Below, piece by piece: positions 33,714-46,600 of a DNA stretch of 62,636 nucleotides; within the stretch, counting starts at the first letter, position 1; each line of letters begins with the position of its first letter. This DNA is from Aplysia californica. Lineage: Eukaryota. The translations under genes were made by a program, and so were the position numbers. The notes under the pieces were generated by a model. The model ran no database searches and had not been told where the DNA came from. It saw only the letters and a list, made by a program, of their open reading frames with translations. The stretch covers positions 57,163 to 119,798 of the forward strand of contig NW_004798308.1 of assembly GCF_000002075.1 (NCBI RefSeq), written 5' to 3'.

Positions 33714-36700
33714 TCACAGGGAAGAGTTCTGTGTCTTCCCCTTTGACCTCTGTGAGTCGACCATGGCCCGTAGCGAGAGTTCTACTTTGTCCTTGTTCTT
33801 GCAGTCAGTGGATAAATATGTCTGGGGATGGAAAGAAAGGGTGAGTAGATCAAGAAAAGACAAATCCTTGCAATAAAATATATAAGAAAGAGAAGGCGAC
33901 AGAAAGTAGTAGTACAAACAGTCAAAACAAAAAAAGAAAACACTTTGTGAAGTGAGACAAAGGAAAAAATGCCAAAGGCAGAGAATAAAAGTTTAAGCGA
34001 TAGTCATTGTTTTAGTAAGAGTTTTACAGCACTTGCAACACAATAAGGTCATACAAGTGCCGAAGATTAGAGGTGTTACAAGAGAGTAACAAACACAAAA
34101 AAGAAGGAAGGGAGATAGAGACAATAGATTTTTTTTTAGGAAAGAAGGAGCAGAGCACCCACCAACTACCCACAGATCAAGAAAAGACAAATCCTTGCAA
34201 TAAAAGATAAAAGAAAGAGGAGCCGACAGAAAGTAGTAGTACAAACAGTCAAAACAAAAAAAAGGAAAACACTTTGTGAAGTGAGTCAAAGGGAAAAAAA
34301 GCCAAAGGCAGAGAATTAAAGTTTCAATCTTTGTCAGGGGATTACAGCGCATGCAACACAAACAAGTCATATAATATAAAAGGACTGAAGAAAAGAGAGT
34401 AACAAACAATGAAAAGGAGGAGAGATAAGGACAACAGATGTTTGACAGAAAAGTTCAACAATAAAACAAACTTCCTAACGGGCGATGCCCAAAAAAACGA
34501 TTAAAAAAAAGAAGGAAAAAACAACTAAAATAAAGGAGAAACGGCATCCCTGTGTTTAGCCAGGAACAGCTGTTTAATTTGCTAGAATTCCAGAAGTGAT
34601 CAGATGAAAGAGTTGAGTTACTGTACTAATCTGTGAGCACTATCAGAGGTCAAACAACTCACCTTTATGACTGCGACATCATCGTCTTGCTGAGGTAGTT
34701 CCGAGATGGCGGCTGCGCATGAGCTGTTTGGGTGCACGTCGGCAAACAGGACCACCACGTCTCTGGCATCCTGAGCCCTGAGAGGTGAGTCAATAAATTA
34801 AACAATTATAACAACAGATAATAACGGAGGTAACATTTGTTTATAGAGCACAAATTCCCACTCAACAGAAGGCTCTCTATATTCTTTGCAAGCTATATCA
34901 ATTAAATCAAAGCAAATGAACCCATTTCGATAGTTCTTCATCTTATTAAAGAATTCCCGATAAAATAGACCTGTTTTGACAATTGCTGATTTAATTACCA
35001 ATTCAGTGAAGTATGTATGTCATTTTTAAATTGATCGTACCAAAAGAGGGCTCCGTCATAATGAGGACCCCCCTGTTAACTGTGTTCAGTTCATGCAGAC
35101 TCCACCATAGTTGTTTCCAACGTCTGTGGTGTAGCGGTTAGGCTCTTCGTTGTTAGGCACGTAGGTAGGACTAGGAGACTCAAGTTTGATTCCTGAGTGG
35201 GGGGGGATTTTAAATCGAGTGTCCGTCTTTCTGCTGGTATGTTGAATTCCTCTTTCTCAGTGATTGTCCATCATAGCTTCTTCACACACACACACACAAC
35301 AGAGTGAGTGCTCCAGTCTTCATGACTCCATCACAGGACACAGACCCAGGACTGCCCACCTTCCAGCGTATGTTTTAGTAATCAACAAATTAAAAACCTA
35401 GTAATCTGACTATAAAAGTCTTAACTCTTTAAACCCTGAGTTTTTTCTACGGCCACCTAAGTCTGGTGCGCTATGTCTCATTAAAACCCCAGAAGCTTGC
35501 CTCCAACTTCTAAATTGCAGAAACAAAGGCTTAGTCATTACTTTAAAACTTGGATCTGGGTTCCGAAAAACAAGAAGAAACTATCACTAAATTAAACGAA
35601 ACAGTTGTCACTAGTATCAGACGCTCCCAGCATCCGATGGGGTTTAAAGAGTTAATATGGCCATGGATAGTCTTCTTCCCTGGAGGTAAAATGGTGAAAT
35701 GGCTTAGGTTTACACAAAGACGAATGGCATTGGGTTGTAGTAGCCCAATATTTTTTTTTTTTAATATTGGAATCAGGTGTATTACGATCGCATTTTTGCA
35801 AAAAAAATTTTAAATTGTAACAATTCCACCAAATTCATAATGGTGGGCAGCCCTGCAGAACAGACCCTACCCATGGGAGCAAAAAAAAGGAAAAATCCTT
35901 CAACAACACAGAAGTTTCAGGAAAAGAACATTGGTTATCAAATTTTTACTTTTATCCGAACAATTACTGAAACTCGCTTTTTTTTTTTACTTATCCGAAA
36001 AATCTGCATCACTGGTTCCACAGTATCTGATCACTCTGACTCGATCCCTCTGTTTCTTACGACCAACTCTTTGTGCTCATTATAAAATGATTAAAATATC
36101 TTCCTCTCAGTTACTATGACTGGTTCGTTCACTCAAACCCTTGGAGGGCCTGGCCACATACTTGTCTCTGTCGAGCATGTCCACCAGCAGGCCGTCAATC
36201 GACGAGTGCCACGCCAGGTAAAAGGCCAGCGGGCCAAAGTGGCGCGTCGACCTCAAATGCTCGTAGTCTCCACACTGATCTACTGCATTGTACACACGGT
36301 GAGTGGTCTGAAAAAAACCAAACTACATTGTACATATATATCTAGCGTGTACATTACAAACACGAACATAACAAACAAATTTTCAAGTCCCGAATTTTTT
36401 CTTATACAATGCTGTAGTCTCCTCCTCAATGCACGCCATACACAGGCACACTCCTCTCAAATGCACACTTTCTTCATATAACAGACTTTTAGCTTAATAG
36501 TTTCCTTGTACAAACACACAGTCCCTCCCCTCTAAACCCCAACTTCAATCGTCAAAACACGCAGACATTTCAGCCAACTTGACAGAGAGAAATTTTTGCA
36601 ACAACCCTAGATAGCGTGCATCATGATAACAGAGACAAGTCTAGACAACAATAACGTCAGAAATGTTTAGCAGAGGTCTCTAAAATTGACCTACGGGCCT

Positions 36701-37302
36701 CCTTCTCATTATTATTCCCAAATCCTGCTTTGAAAGGTTCACAATTTTTCTTCAACATCAGAAAGTTCGTGAGAAGCAATACTAGAAAACAGAGACTAAG
36801 TAAATCCCGGACGCAAAAACGTACCTTCCAACTCGAACCTTAAAAAATGAGTTAAGTACGTTTTTCACAAACTGGTTGGTAGCTACGCAATCTCTCATTT
36901 TTCAGATTACCTTCACTGAGGCTCGAAAGAGCATTTATAAAAATATGTGAAACAGGCAGACAAAATGAGTTACTTCTCGGATTCAAAACCTCATGGAAAT
37001 AAATACAATACACTTATAGGTGAAGTTTTTAAAATTTATAAGCATGAAATAATAAAAGGCATGTTATAGTTAAAGAATATGGCATCAATAGGAAATGTAC
37101 AAAGTTGACCCCAGTGTCAATTTTTGGCCAATATCTCCGTTTGTGGATTGCAAGAAGTAACTCATGTTGTCAGCACACATCACATAAACTTTTTGGATCA
37201 AAACAACGCCTCACTCACCCTGATGAAGTCTGGATCGTCTGGCTCGAACTGACAACAGGCTCTGTCTAAGACGTACTGGTATCTCTTCTCCGAGATCATG
37301 CG
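33714..37302 (-). CDS. MRPS22: Second copy of MRPS22 exons 5-8 (37302-37219, 36307-36162, 34777-34663, 33821-33714); unmerged haplotype or partial tandem duplicate
   Basis: Same exon lengths, intact splice sites and mostly synonymous differences relative to the copy at 37683-41002. The two copies are separated by a 100-N gap at 37492-37591. Confidence 0.8.
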
Positions 37303-37682
37303 CTGGAGACAGAGTCAAACACATACCACACATCAAAACATCTGTTTATGTCATCAGAACATTGTTTATATCATCAGAACATCTCTGATATAATTAATTC
37401 CTGCATGTGGTTTAAGAGATGCATCTTATGTGACACACCACATCAAAATGCTACTTCATCAGAACATTTGTCACATAATTCCAGCATGTGTNNNNNNNNN
37501 NNNNNNNNNNNNNNNNNNNNNNNNNNNNNNNNNNNNNNNNNNNNNNNNNNNNNNNNNNNNNNNNNNNNNNNNNNNNNNNNNNNNNNNNNNNATTTCAAAT
37601 TCCTTTGCATGTTATCCTCTCCATAAATCACACCATTCGTATCCAACACATCATCATCCTCATCCATCCATTCATTCATTCA

Positions 37683-40600
37683 TCACAGGGAAGAGTTCTG
37701 TGTCTTCCCCTTTGACCTCTGTGAGTCGACCATGGCCCGTAGCGAGAGTTCCACTTTGTCCTTGTTCTTGCAGTCAGTAGCCAAATATGTCTGGGGATGG
37801 AAAGAAAGTGTGAGTAGATCAAGAAAAGACATATCCTTGCGATAAAAGATCAAAGAAAGAGGATCAGACGGAAAGTAGTAGTACAAACGGTAAAAAAAAA
37901 GAAAACTTTTTGTGAAGTGAGTCAAAGGAAAAAATGCCAAAGGCAGAGAATAAAAGTTTAAGTGTTAGATCTAGTTATTGTTTTAGTAAGAGTTTTACGG
38001 CACTTGCAACACAATAAGGTCATACAAGTGCCGAAGACTAGAGGCATTACAAGAGAGTAACAAACACAAAAAAGAACGAAGGGAGATAGAGACGATAGAT
38101 TTTTTTATAGGAAAGAAGGAGCAAACCACACCAGAGCACACCCACCAACAATCCACAGATCAAGAAAAGACAAATCCTTGCAATAAAAGATAAAAGAAAG
38201 AGAGTAACATACAATGAAAAGGAGGAGAGATAAGAACAACAGATGTGTGACAGAAAAGTTCAACAATAAAACAAAGTTTCAAACGGACGATGCCCAAACC
38301 CCCCCCCCCAAAAAAAAAAGGGGGAAAAACCTAAAATAAAGGAGAAACGGCATCCCTGTGTTTAGCCAGGAACAGCTGTTTAATTTCCTAGAATTCCAGC
38401 AATGATCAGATGAAAGAGTTGAGTTACTGTACTAATCTGTGAGCACTACCAGAGGTCAAACAACTCACCTTTATCACTGCAACATCATCGTCTTGCTGAG
38501 GTAGTTCCGAGATGGCAGCTGCGCATGAGCTGTCTGGGTGCACGTCTGCAAACAGGACCACCAAGTCTCTGGCATCCTGCGCTCTGAGAGGTGGGCAATA
38601 AATTAAACAGTTATAACAACAGATAATAACGGAGATAACATTTGCATATAGAGCACAAATTCCCACTCAACAGAAGGCTCTCTATGTGCTTTGCGAGCTA
38701 TATTAATTAAATAAAAACAAATGAACCCATTTTAACAGTTCTTCATCTTATTAAAGAACTCTCGATAAAAGAGACCTGTTTCGGCAATTGCTGATTTAAT
38801 GATCAATTCAGTGACGCATATATTTCATTTCTAAATTCATCATACTAAAAGAGTGCGCCGTCATAATGAGGACCCCCCTGTTAACTGTGTTCAGTTCATG
38901 CAGACTCCACCAGAGTCGTTCCCAACGGTTAGGCTCTTCTTAATCTTTGTTAGGCACGTGGGGGGGGATTGTTATCAAGTGTCTGTCTTTCTGCTGGTAT
39001 GTTGTATTCCTCTTTCTCAGCAACTGTTCATCATAGCTTCTTCACACACACACAACAGAGCGAGTGGTACAGTCTTCACGACTCCATCACAGGCCACAGA
39101 CCCAGGACTGCCGACCTACCAGCGTATGTTTTAGTGATCAACAAATTAAAAACCTAGTAATCTGACTTTAAAATTCTTAACTCTTTAAACCCTGAGTTTT
39201 TTCCACCATTTCCCTGAGTTTTTTCTACAGTCACCTAAACCTGATGCACTATGTCTCATTATATATAATCCCAAAAGCTTGCCTCCAACTTCTAAATTGC
39301 AGAAACAAAGGCTTAGTCATTACTTTAATACTTGGATCGGGAATAGTTCCGAAAAACAAGAAGAAACTATCACTATATTAAACGAAACAGTTGTCACTAG
39401 TGTCAGTAAAATGGTGAAATGGTATAGGTTTACACAAAGACGGATGGCAGTGGATTTTTAAAAATATTGGAATCAGGTGTATTACGATCGCATTTTTGTA
39501 AAATTTAATAAAAATCGTAACAATTCTGCCAAATTCATAATGGTGGGCAGCCCTGCAGAACAGACAATACCCATGTGGGCAAAAAAGAGGAAAATCCTTC
39601 AACAACACAGAAGTTTCAGGAAAAGAATATTAGTTATCAAATTTTTACTTTTATCTGAACAATTACTAAAATTCGCAATTTTTTTTACTTATCCGGAAAA
39701 TCTGCATCTCTGGTTCCACAGTATCTGATCACTCTGACTCAGATTCCTCTGTTTATTACGACCATCTCTTTGTGCTCATTATAAAATAATTAAAATATCT
39801 TCCTCTCAGTTACTATGACTAGTTGGTTGACTCAAACCCTAGGAGCGCCTGGCCACATACTTGTCTCTGTCGAGCATGTCCACCAGCAGGCCGTCAATCG
39901 ACGAGTGCCACGCCAGGTAAAAGGCCAGCGGGCCAAAGTGGCGCGTCGACCTCAAATGCTCGTAGTCTCCACACTGATCTACAGCATTGTACACACGGTG
40001 AGTGGTCTGAAAAAAAAAAAAACTACATTGTACATATATATCTAGCGTGTACATTACAAACACGAACATAACAAACAAATTTTCAAGTCCCGAATTTTTT
40101 CTTATACAATGCTGTAGTCTCCTCCTCAATGCACGCCATACACAGGCACACTCCTCTCAAATGCACACTTTCTTCATATAACAGACTTTTAGCTTAATAG
40201 TTTCCTTGTACAAACGCACAGTCCCTCCCCTCTAAACCCCAACTTCAATCGTCAAAACACGCAGACATTTCAGCCAACTTGACAGAGAGAAATTTTTGCA
40301 ACAACCCTAGATAGCGTGCATCATGATAACAGAGACAAGTCTAGACAACAATAACGTCAGAAATGTTTAGCAGAGGTCTCTAAAATTGACCTACGGGCCT
40401 CCTTCTCATTATTATTCACAAATCCTGCTTTGAAAGGTTCACAATTTTTCTTCAACATCAGAAAGTTCGTGAGAAGCAATACTAGAAAACAGAGACTAAG
40501 TAAATCCCGGACGCAAAAACGTACCTTCCAACTCGAACCTTAAAAAATGAGTTAAGTACGTTTTTCACAAACTGGTTGGTAGCTACGCAATCTCTCATTT

Positions 40601-43600
40601 TTCAGATTACCTTCACTGAGGCTCGAAAGAGCATTTATAATAATATGTGAAACAGGCAGACAAAATGAGTTACTTCTCGGATTCAAAACCTCATGGAAAT
40701 AAATACAATACACTTATAGGTGAAGTTTTTAAAATTTATAAGCATGAAATAATAAAAGGCATGTTATAGTTAAAGAATATGGCATCAATAGGAAATGTAC
40801 AAAGTTGACCCCAGTGTCGATTTTTGGCCAATATCTCCGTTTGTGGATTGCAAGAAGTAACTCATGTTGTCAGCACACATCACATAAACTTTTTGGATCA
40901 AAACAACGCCTCACTCACCCTGATGAAGTCTGGATCGTCTGGCTCGAACTGACAACAGGCTCTGTCTAAGACGTACTGGTATCTCTTCTCCGAGATCATG
41001 CGCTGGAGACAGAGTCAAACACATACCACACATCAAAACATCTGTTTATGTCATCAGAACATTGTTTATATCATCAGAACATCTCTGATATAATTAATTC
41101 CTGCATGTGGTTTAAGAGATGCATCTTATGTGACACACCACATCAAAATGCTACTTCATCAGAACATTTGTCACATAATTCCAGCATGTGGTATGAAAGA
41201 TGCACCTGATGTGACATGTATTATTATGAGCTTGCTGTAGACAGAGTCAAACACATACCACATCAAAATGCTACTTCATCAGTAAAATCTGTGATATAAT
41301 TTATTCCTGCATGTGGTTTGAAAGATGTACCTAATGCGACATGTATTATTATGAGCTTGCTGTAGACAGAGTCAAACACATACCACATCAAAATGCTACG
41401 TCATCAGAACATCTGTGATATAATTCCTGCATGTGGTTTAAGAGATGCATCTTATGTGACACACCACATCAAAATGCTACTTCATCAGTAAAATCTGTGA
41501 TATAATTTATTCCTGCATGTGGTTTGAAAGATGTACCTAATGCGACATATATTATTATGAGCTTGCTGTAGACAGAGTCAAACACATTCCACATCAAAAT
41601 GCTAATTCATCAGAACATGTTATACAATTCCTGGCATGTGGTTTGAGAGATGCACCCGATGTGACATGTATTATTATGAACTTGCTGTAGACAGAGTCAA
41701 ACACATACCACATCAAAATGCTACTTCATCAGTAAAATCTGTGATATAATTTATTCCTGCATGTGGTTTGAAAGATGTACCTAATGCGACATGTATTATT
41801 ATGAGCTTGCTGTAAACAGAGTCAAACACATACCACATCAAAATGCTACTTCATCAGTAAAATCTGTGATATAATTTTTTCCTGCATGCGGTTTGAAAGA
41901 TGCACCTAATGCGACATGTATTATTATGAGCTTGCTGTAGACAGAGTCAAACACATACCACATCAAAATGCTACTTCATCAGTAAAATCACTGATATAAT
42001 TTATTCCTGCATGTGGTTTGAGAGATGCACCTAATGCGACATGTATTATTATGAGCTTGCTGTAGACAGAGTCAAACACATACCACATCAAAATGCTACT
42101 TCATCAGTAAAATCACTGATATAATTTATTCCTGCATGTGGTTTGAGAGATGCACCTAATGCGACATGTATTATTATGAGCTTGCTGTAGACAGAGTCAA
42201 ACACATACCACATCAAAATGCTACTTCATCAGTAAAATCTGTGATATAATTTATTCCTGCATGTGGTTTGAGAGATGCATCTTATGTGACATACCACATC
42301 AAAATGGTACTCTTCTCTGGGAAAAATCTGTGATATAATTCCTGCATGTAATTTGAAAGATGCATCTAATGTGACATGATGTTGTATTATTGTCAGCTTT
42401 ATTTTTCTCACCACATTGAACTAAAATTAGCACAAATTTTCATTAAAGAGAAAAAACTGTTTCGTTTTTTAAACCAAAGTACCTAAATTACATATTTTTT
42501 CTTATCTGTTTTTTTTCAACATTTAGAATATGAATTTCTACCAAATATTTCTTGAGGTCATGCAACCGATATCACAGACTGAGAAACCGCAATTTTATTT
42601 TATTTTCCTAAATTTCGAAATTTTGGGCTCACTACAATTTAAAAGCTGGCTAACAATACACTTTTCAGAAGAAAAAACAACTTTTTATGGAATTATACTA
42701 AAGGTCTATTTTTACCATATCAACAGGAATTAAAAAGAAAACGATAGCATGAAGCCATAGCCTGTATTATTCAGGCAGTCATTGTAAGTGAAATGAGTAT
42801 CAACGCTAAAAAGCTAGACGCTCATAAAAGTGTATGTCGTCTCAAGTGCTATAAAACTCTCTAAACGACAGGAACCTGCTACAGAAAACTTACAAGAGAA
42901 GCTATTTTTAAAGCTCACCTCTAGGTTTGCCTCTTCAAACATGCTGGGTTTCACCACGTGCCTTCCTTCGCGAGGGTTGTATATCTGGTTCATCCGCTCC
43001 TTCACATCCCAGGGAGCCACTCTCAAGGTCCCGTCCACCTCTCGTATCACAACTGATCGCTTCTGAAGTTTGTGAAAAATGTACGATAAGGTATTATTGT
43101 TACACAAACTAAAATTCTCATCTTGAATCTCTGAACATGCACCCCCATCCCCTCTATTTGCCTCCCTTGTTAAAACTTTGCTCTACATCAACATGAAAGT
43201 CAGATAATAAAATTTGACTGTAAGTGACTTGAAAATAGTCACTCTTTCAGGTTGTCACTCATACACAAAAGTCATAAAACTTTTCATTAGCCTGAAATAT
43301 TCTCATAACTAAAATTATACATCCCGTGCAACGCAACACAGCGCGGAGCGCACCTTCACAGTATGTACAGCATATGTATATATCGTCACCCCAGAACTAT
43401 ATTGTCAAAAGTGTAATTACTAATAATAAATAAATAGCATTTGAATAGCGCATATCCCCACTCGAAAGCAAGCTCTATGCGCTTTACACGATATTACCCC
43501 AGCAGACCATAGAACACTCAGAAACATTCTCAGCTTCCCGGGAAGCATACAGTGCAAGCAGCTGGTTAAGCGCTCAAACACTAACAAACTGACAAGATCT

Positions 43601-46600
43601 TTCACTGTCTATAGCTGGGTACCCATTCTCACCTGGGTGAAGTGGGGAAAATTCGAGTAAAGTGCCTTTTCCAAGGACACAACGTCGAGCCCGCAGCTCG
43701 AACCCCCAAACCCACAACCTCACGAATACAATTACAAGTCCGATAGCTTAACTACTAGACTACCGACGCCACAAAATTAGCTACAGAGTGCACTTTGGAC
43801 AAAATAATTCTGAGGCGACGATATCACCAGTGCAGCGAATAGGTTTAGTAGTTATAAAGTAAACTGCCTTGTGTTTAAACCTTCATCCATGAATAGGCTA
43901 TGTGTTCATCAGTAGATCTTGCAAACAAGCTAAAAAAATCTTTATTCTACAACAAAATTAACTTTTTCAGCTGGGGGGGGGGGGGGGGGGGGGGAATGAA
44001 CAGTCTTATCCTCATTGATGCAGTGCTCCTCAGTAAGAAGATGTACTAGAAGACATTAGGCACAACAGATATTTTGACACAATCACAAACTCTCATCACT
44101 GATACTGATATCAACATACCCTATCTTTGACACCAAAAGATATGTCTACAAAGACATAATTGCTCTTGTCAAAGCCAGCCAGCTCAGGATCAACAGACAG
44201 GGGGGTCAAGTGAGGTCGACGTGGCTTCATGTACGGGGGCATCTGTAATCTGTGCTGTAGCCTCTCTTTCGCTGAGCTAAGTTCCTGGATACCAGGAAGA
44301 GAGAAAGAGAGAGAGACAGTCAACTTTGAGCAGACAAGTACAGTGAAATCAACTAATATCTAACTTGTCTATTTTTCCACAAAATGGTACAAATTATAAT
44401 CCTCTTTTTACCCCCATTCTGGAAATGGTTGTAAAAACCTTGCCTACAACAAACCTTAAAGTCTGGTCTCTGAGGCCTCGAATCATTCACATATTCCACA
44501 GTTCAGAATGCTATGCTTGTTGGAATTTTGAAGGGTTTCTTTACACCCAACATTTATTTTCCATCTTGAACAGCCAAGGCAATGCTCGAAAAGTAAGTGC
44601 TGGTACTACACGACACGTAAACCAAAGCAAAATGTTAACACATATATTACACGTCATGTGTCCTTCTTCAATTATTGCACAGTGGGAATATTCTTCACCA
44701 GCCAAAAAGCAAAGAGACAAAAAGAACAAGACAATGATCTTGTTTTATTCCTTTCTCAAGTCATTTCCCCTTTTGTCTTATGCAGAGTCAAATTTTGTAA
44801 CTCTGTACTCCCCTTATATCATGATATGTGAGGCAATGTGGTGAAATCAGGTGCTCATCAAAATAATGAAACGGAAGAAACAGGCATTTTTCAGTCAGCT
44901 GAGCAATTTGTATCGAATTTTTTTTTTTGGCTCAACGCCTTTTATGTTCATAGAAAAACACATTTCCATGTGAATGTTACTGAAAAACGTTGATTAAAAG
45001 CACAAGATATGTAATTGTCAAGTTTTCAAGGACTTTCAAGCTATTGATGAAGCTACCAAACTTTGGCGGCTATTTTCTCGGTAATTTTACCACTGAAACC
45101 TAGTGACCACACCCCCTTCAATCGCAAATATAGAGACTTCTATTTGAGATAGATAGGTATTTTTTTCATTGAAAGCAATGCAAATGAATAAGTATTCAGA
45201 TGATATCAATAATTCCACATGCTCAAAAATTGACGAGTGCCTGATTCCACCGCGTCATAACATAGATGAAAATTTCAAAATTCTTTAATTCATGATAACT
45301 AAATCAGAAACAATTGTAGAAGAGACAGCAGGGTGTACAGTGAAAGATAAATCCTTGTAGGCCGTTCTCCTGAACTGATTGAAAACCCTACGTATCTTCT
45401 GGCTCAAAATTCTCCCAGCTTAATCTCTATTATAAAGAATAATTTTGAAAGTTGAACTTCATACAAGACAAAATAAGACATGAAATAGTTACAATTGGAG
45501 AATATTGTAACAACAGGCAAGTTTGAAGGAAAGAGAGGCAGAGGCAGACAGAGGGAAAAGATACTGGACAAGATGACAACATGGCTAGGAGCAGCAAGAA
45601 CAACAGACACCATTGCTGCAATGTAAGACAGAGTGAAGTGGAGGTCCATGATCGCCCACGCCAGTCGGCAAGGCACCGGATGATGATGATGATAGTTACA
45701 TTTGACTCTGCACAAGACAAGAAAGGAAATGACATGCGAAACGAATCAAAAAAAGATCATTATTTTCTCATTCATTCCCTTTGTCTCTCTTTGCTTTTCG
45801 ATGGGCGAATAATTCTCCAGCTGCACATCAAACAACATTTTTTTAAACTATCATTTATAAATTTATAAATAAATACACCAAAGTAAGATGCGGCTTACGG
45901 CATTGAGTTGCTCATCAGTCATCAATTTGTATATCGGTCGCTGTAACGGTTTCTTCTGGGGCCCAGCGACCTTCATGAGGTCAAAGCCTGTGATTCTGGT
46001 CAGTAGTTCTTGCACTCTCGGCTGGACGAACACAGGAAACGGGTCCCTCTCTTCATTTTCAGGAGCAGCACTCACAGCATCGCTGGCGCTGTTATCTGTT
46101 TCAAAGCAACACAGGAAAAAGTGTTCAACATGAGAAGAAATTTTATTTGGAGGAAACTGTCTGAGGCGGCCAGCCAGCCATTGTCGAGGGGAAAAGTGGT
46201 TGTCTTAGGCAGGTGGAAGTCTTCAACAGTGTCCATTACAATAAAGATAGAGACAGAGACAGATAGNNNNNNNNNNNNNNNNNNNNNNNNNNNNNNNNNN
46301 NNNNNNNNNNNNNNNNNNNNNNNNNNNNNNNNNNNNNNNNNNNNNNNNNNNNNNNNNNNNNNNNNNNNNNNNNNNNNNNNNNNNNNNNNNNNNNNNNNNN
46401 NNNNNNNNNNNNNNNGACACCAACAGACAGACAGACAGACAGAGATAGACAGAGAGGGGGATAAGTGGGAAGTGATTGTTTGTACAGGTGACTGTTTTAG
46501 ATGGGTGTCCGATAAAGCAGATTTGACTGTAGAGAGAGAGAGAAAGAGATGGGGGGGAGGAGGGGAGGGGGACACAAGAGAGAAGGGGCAAGTGAAATAA

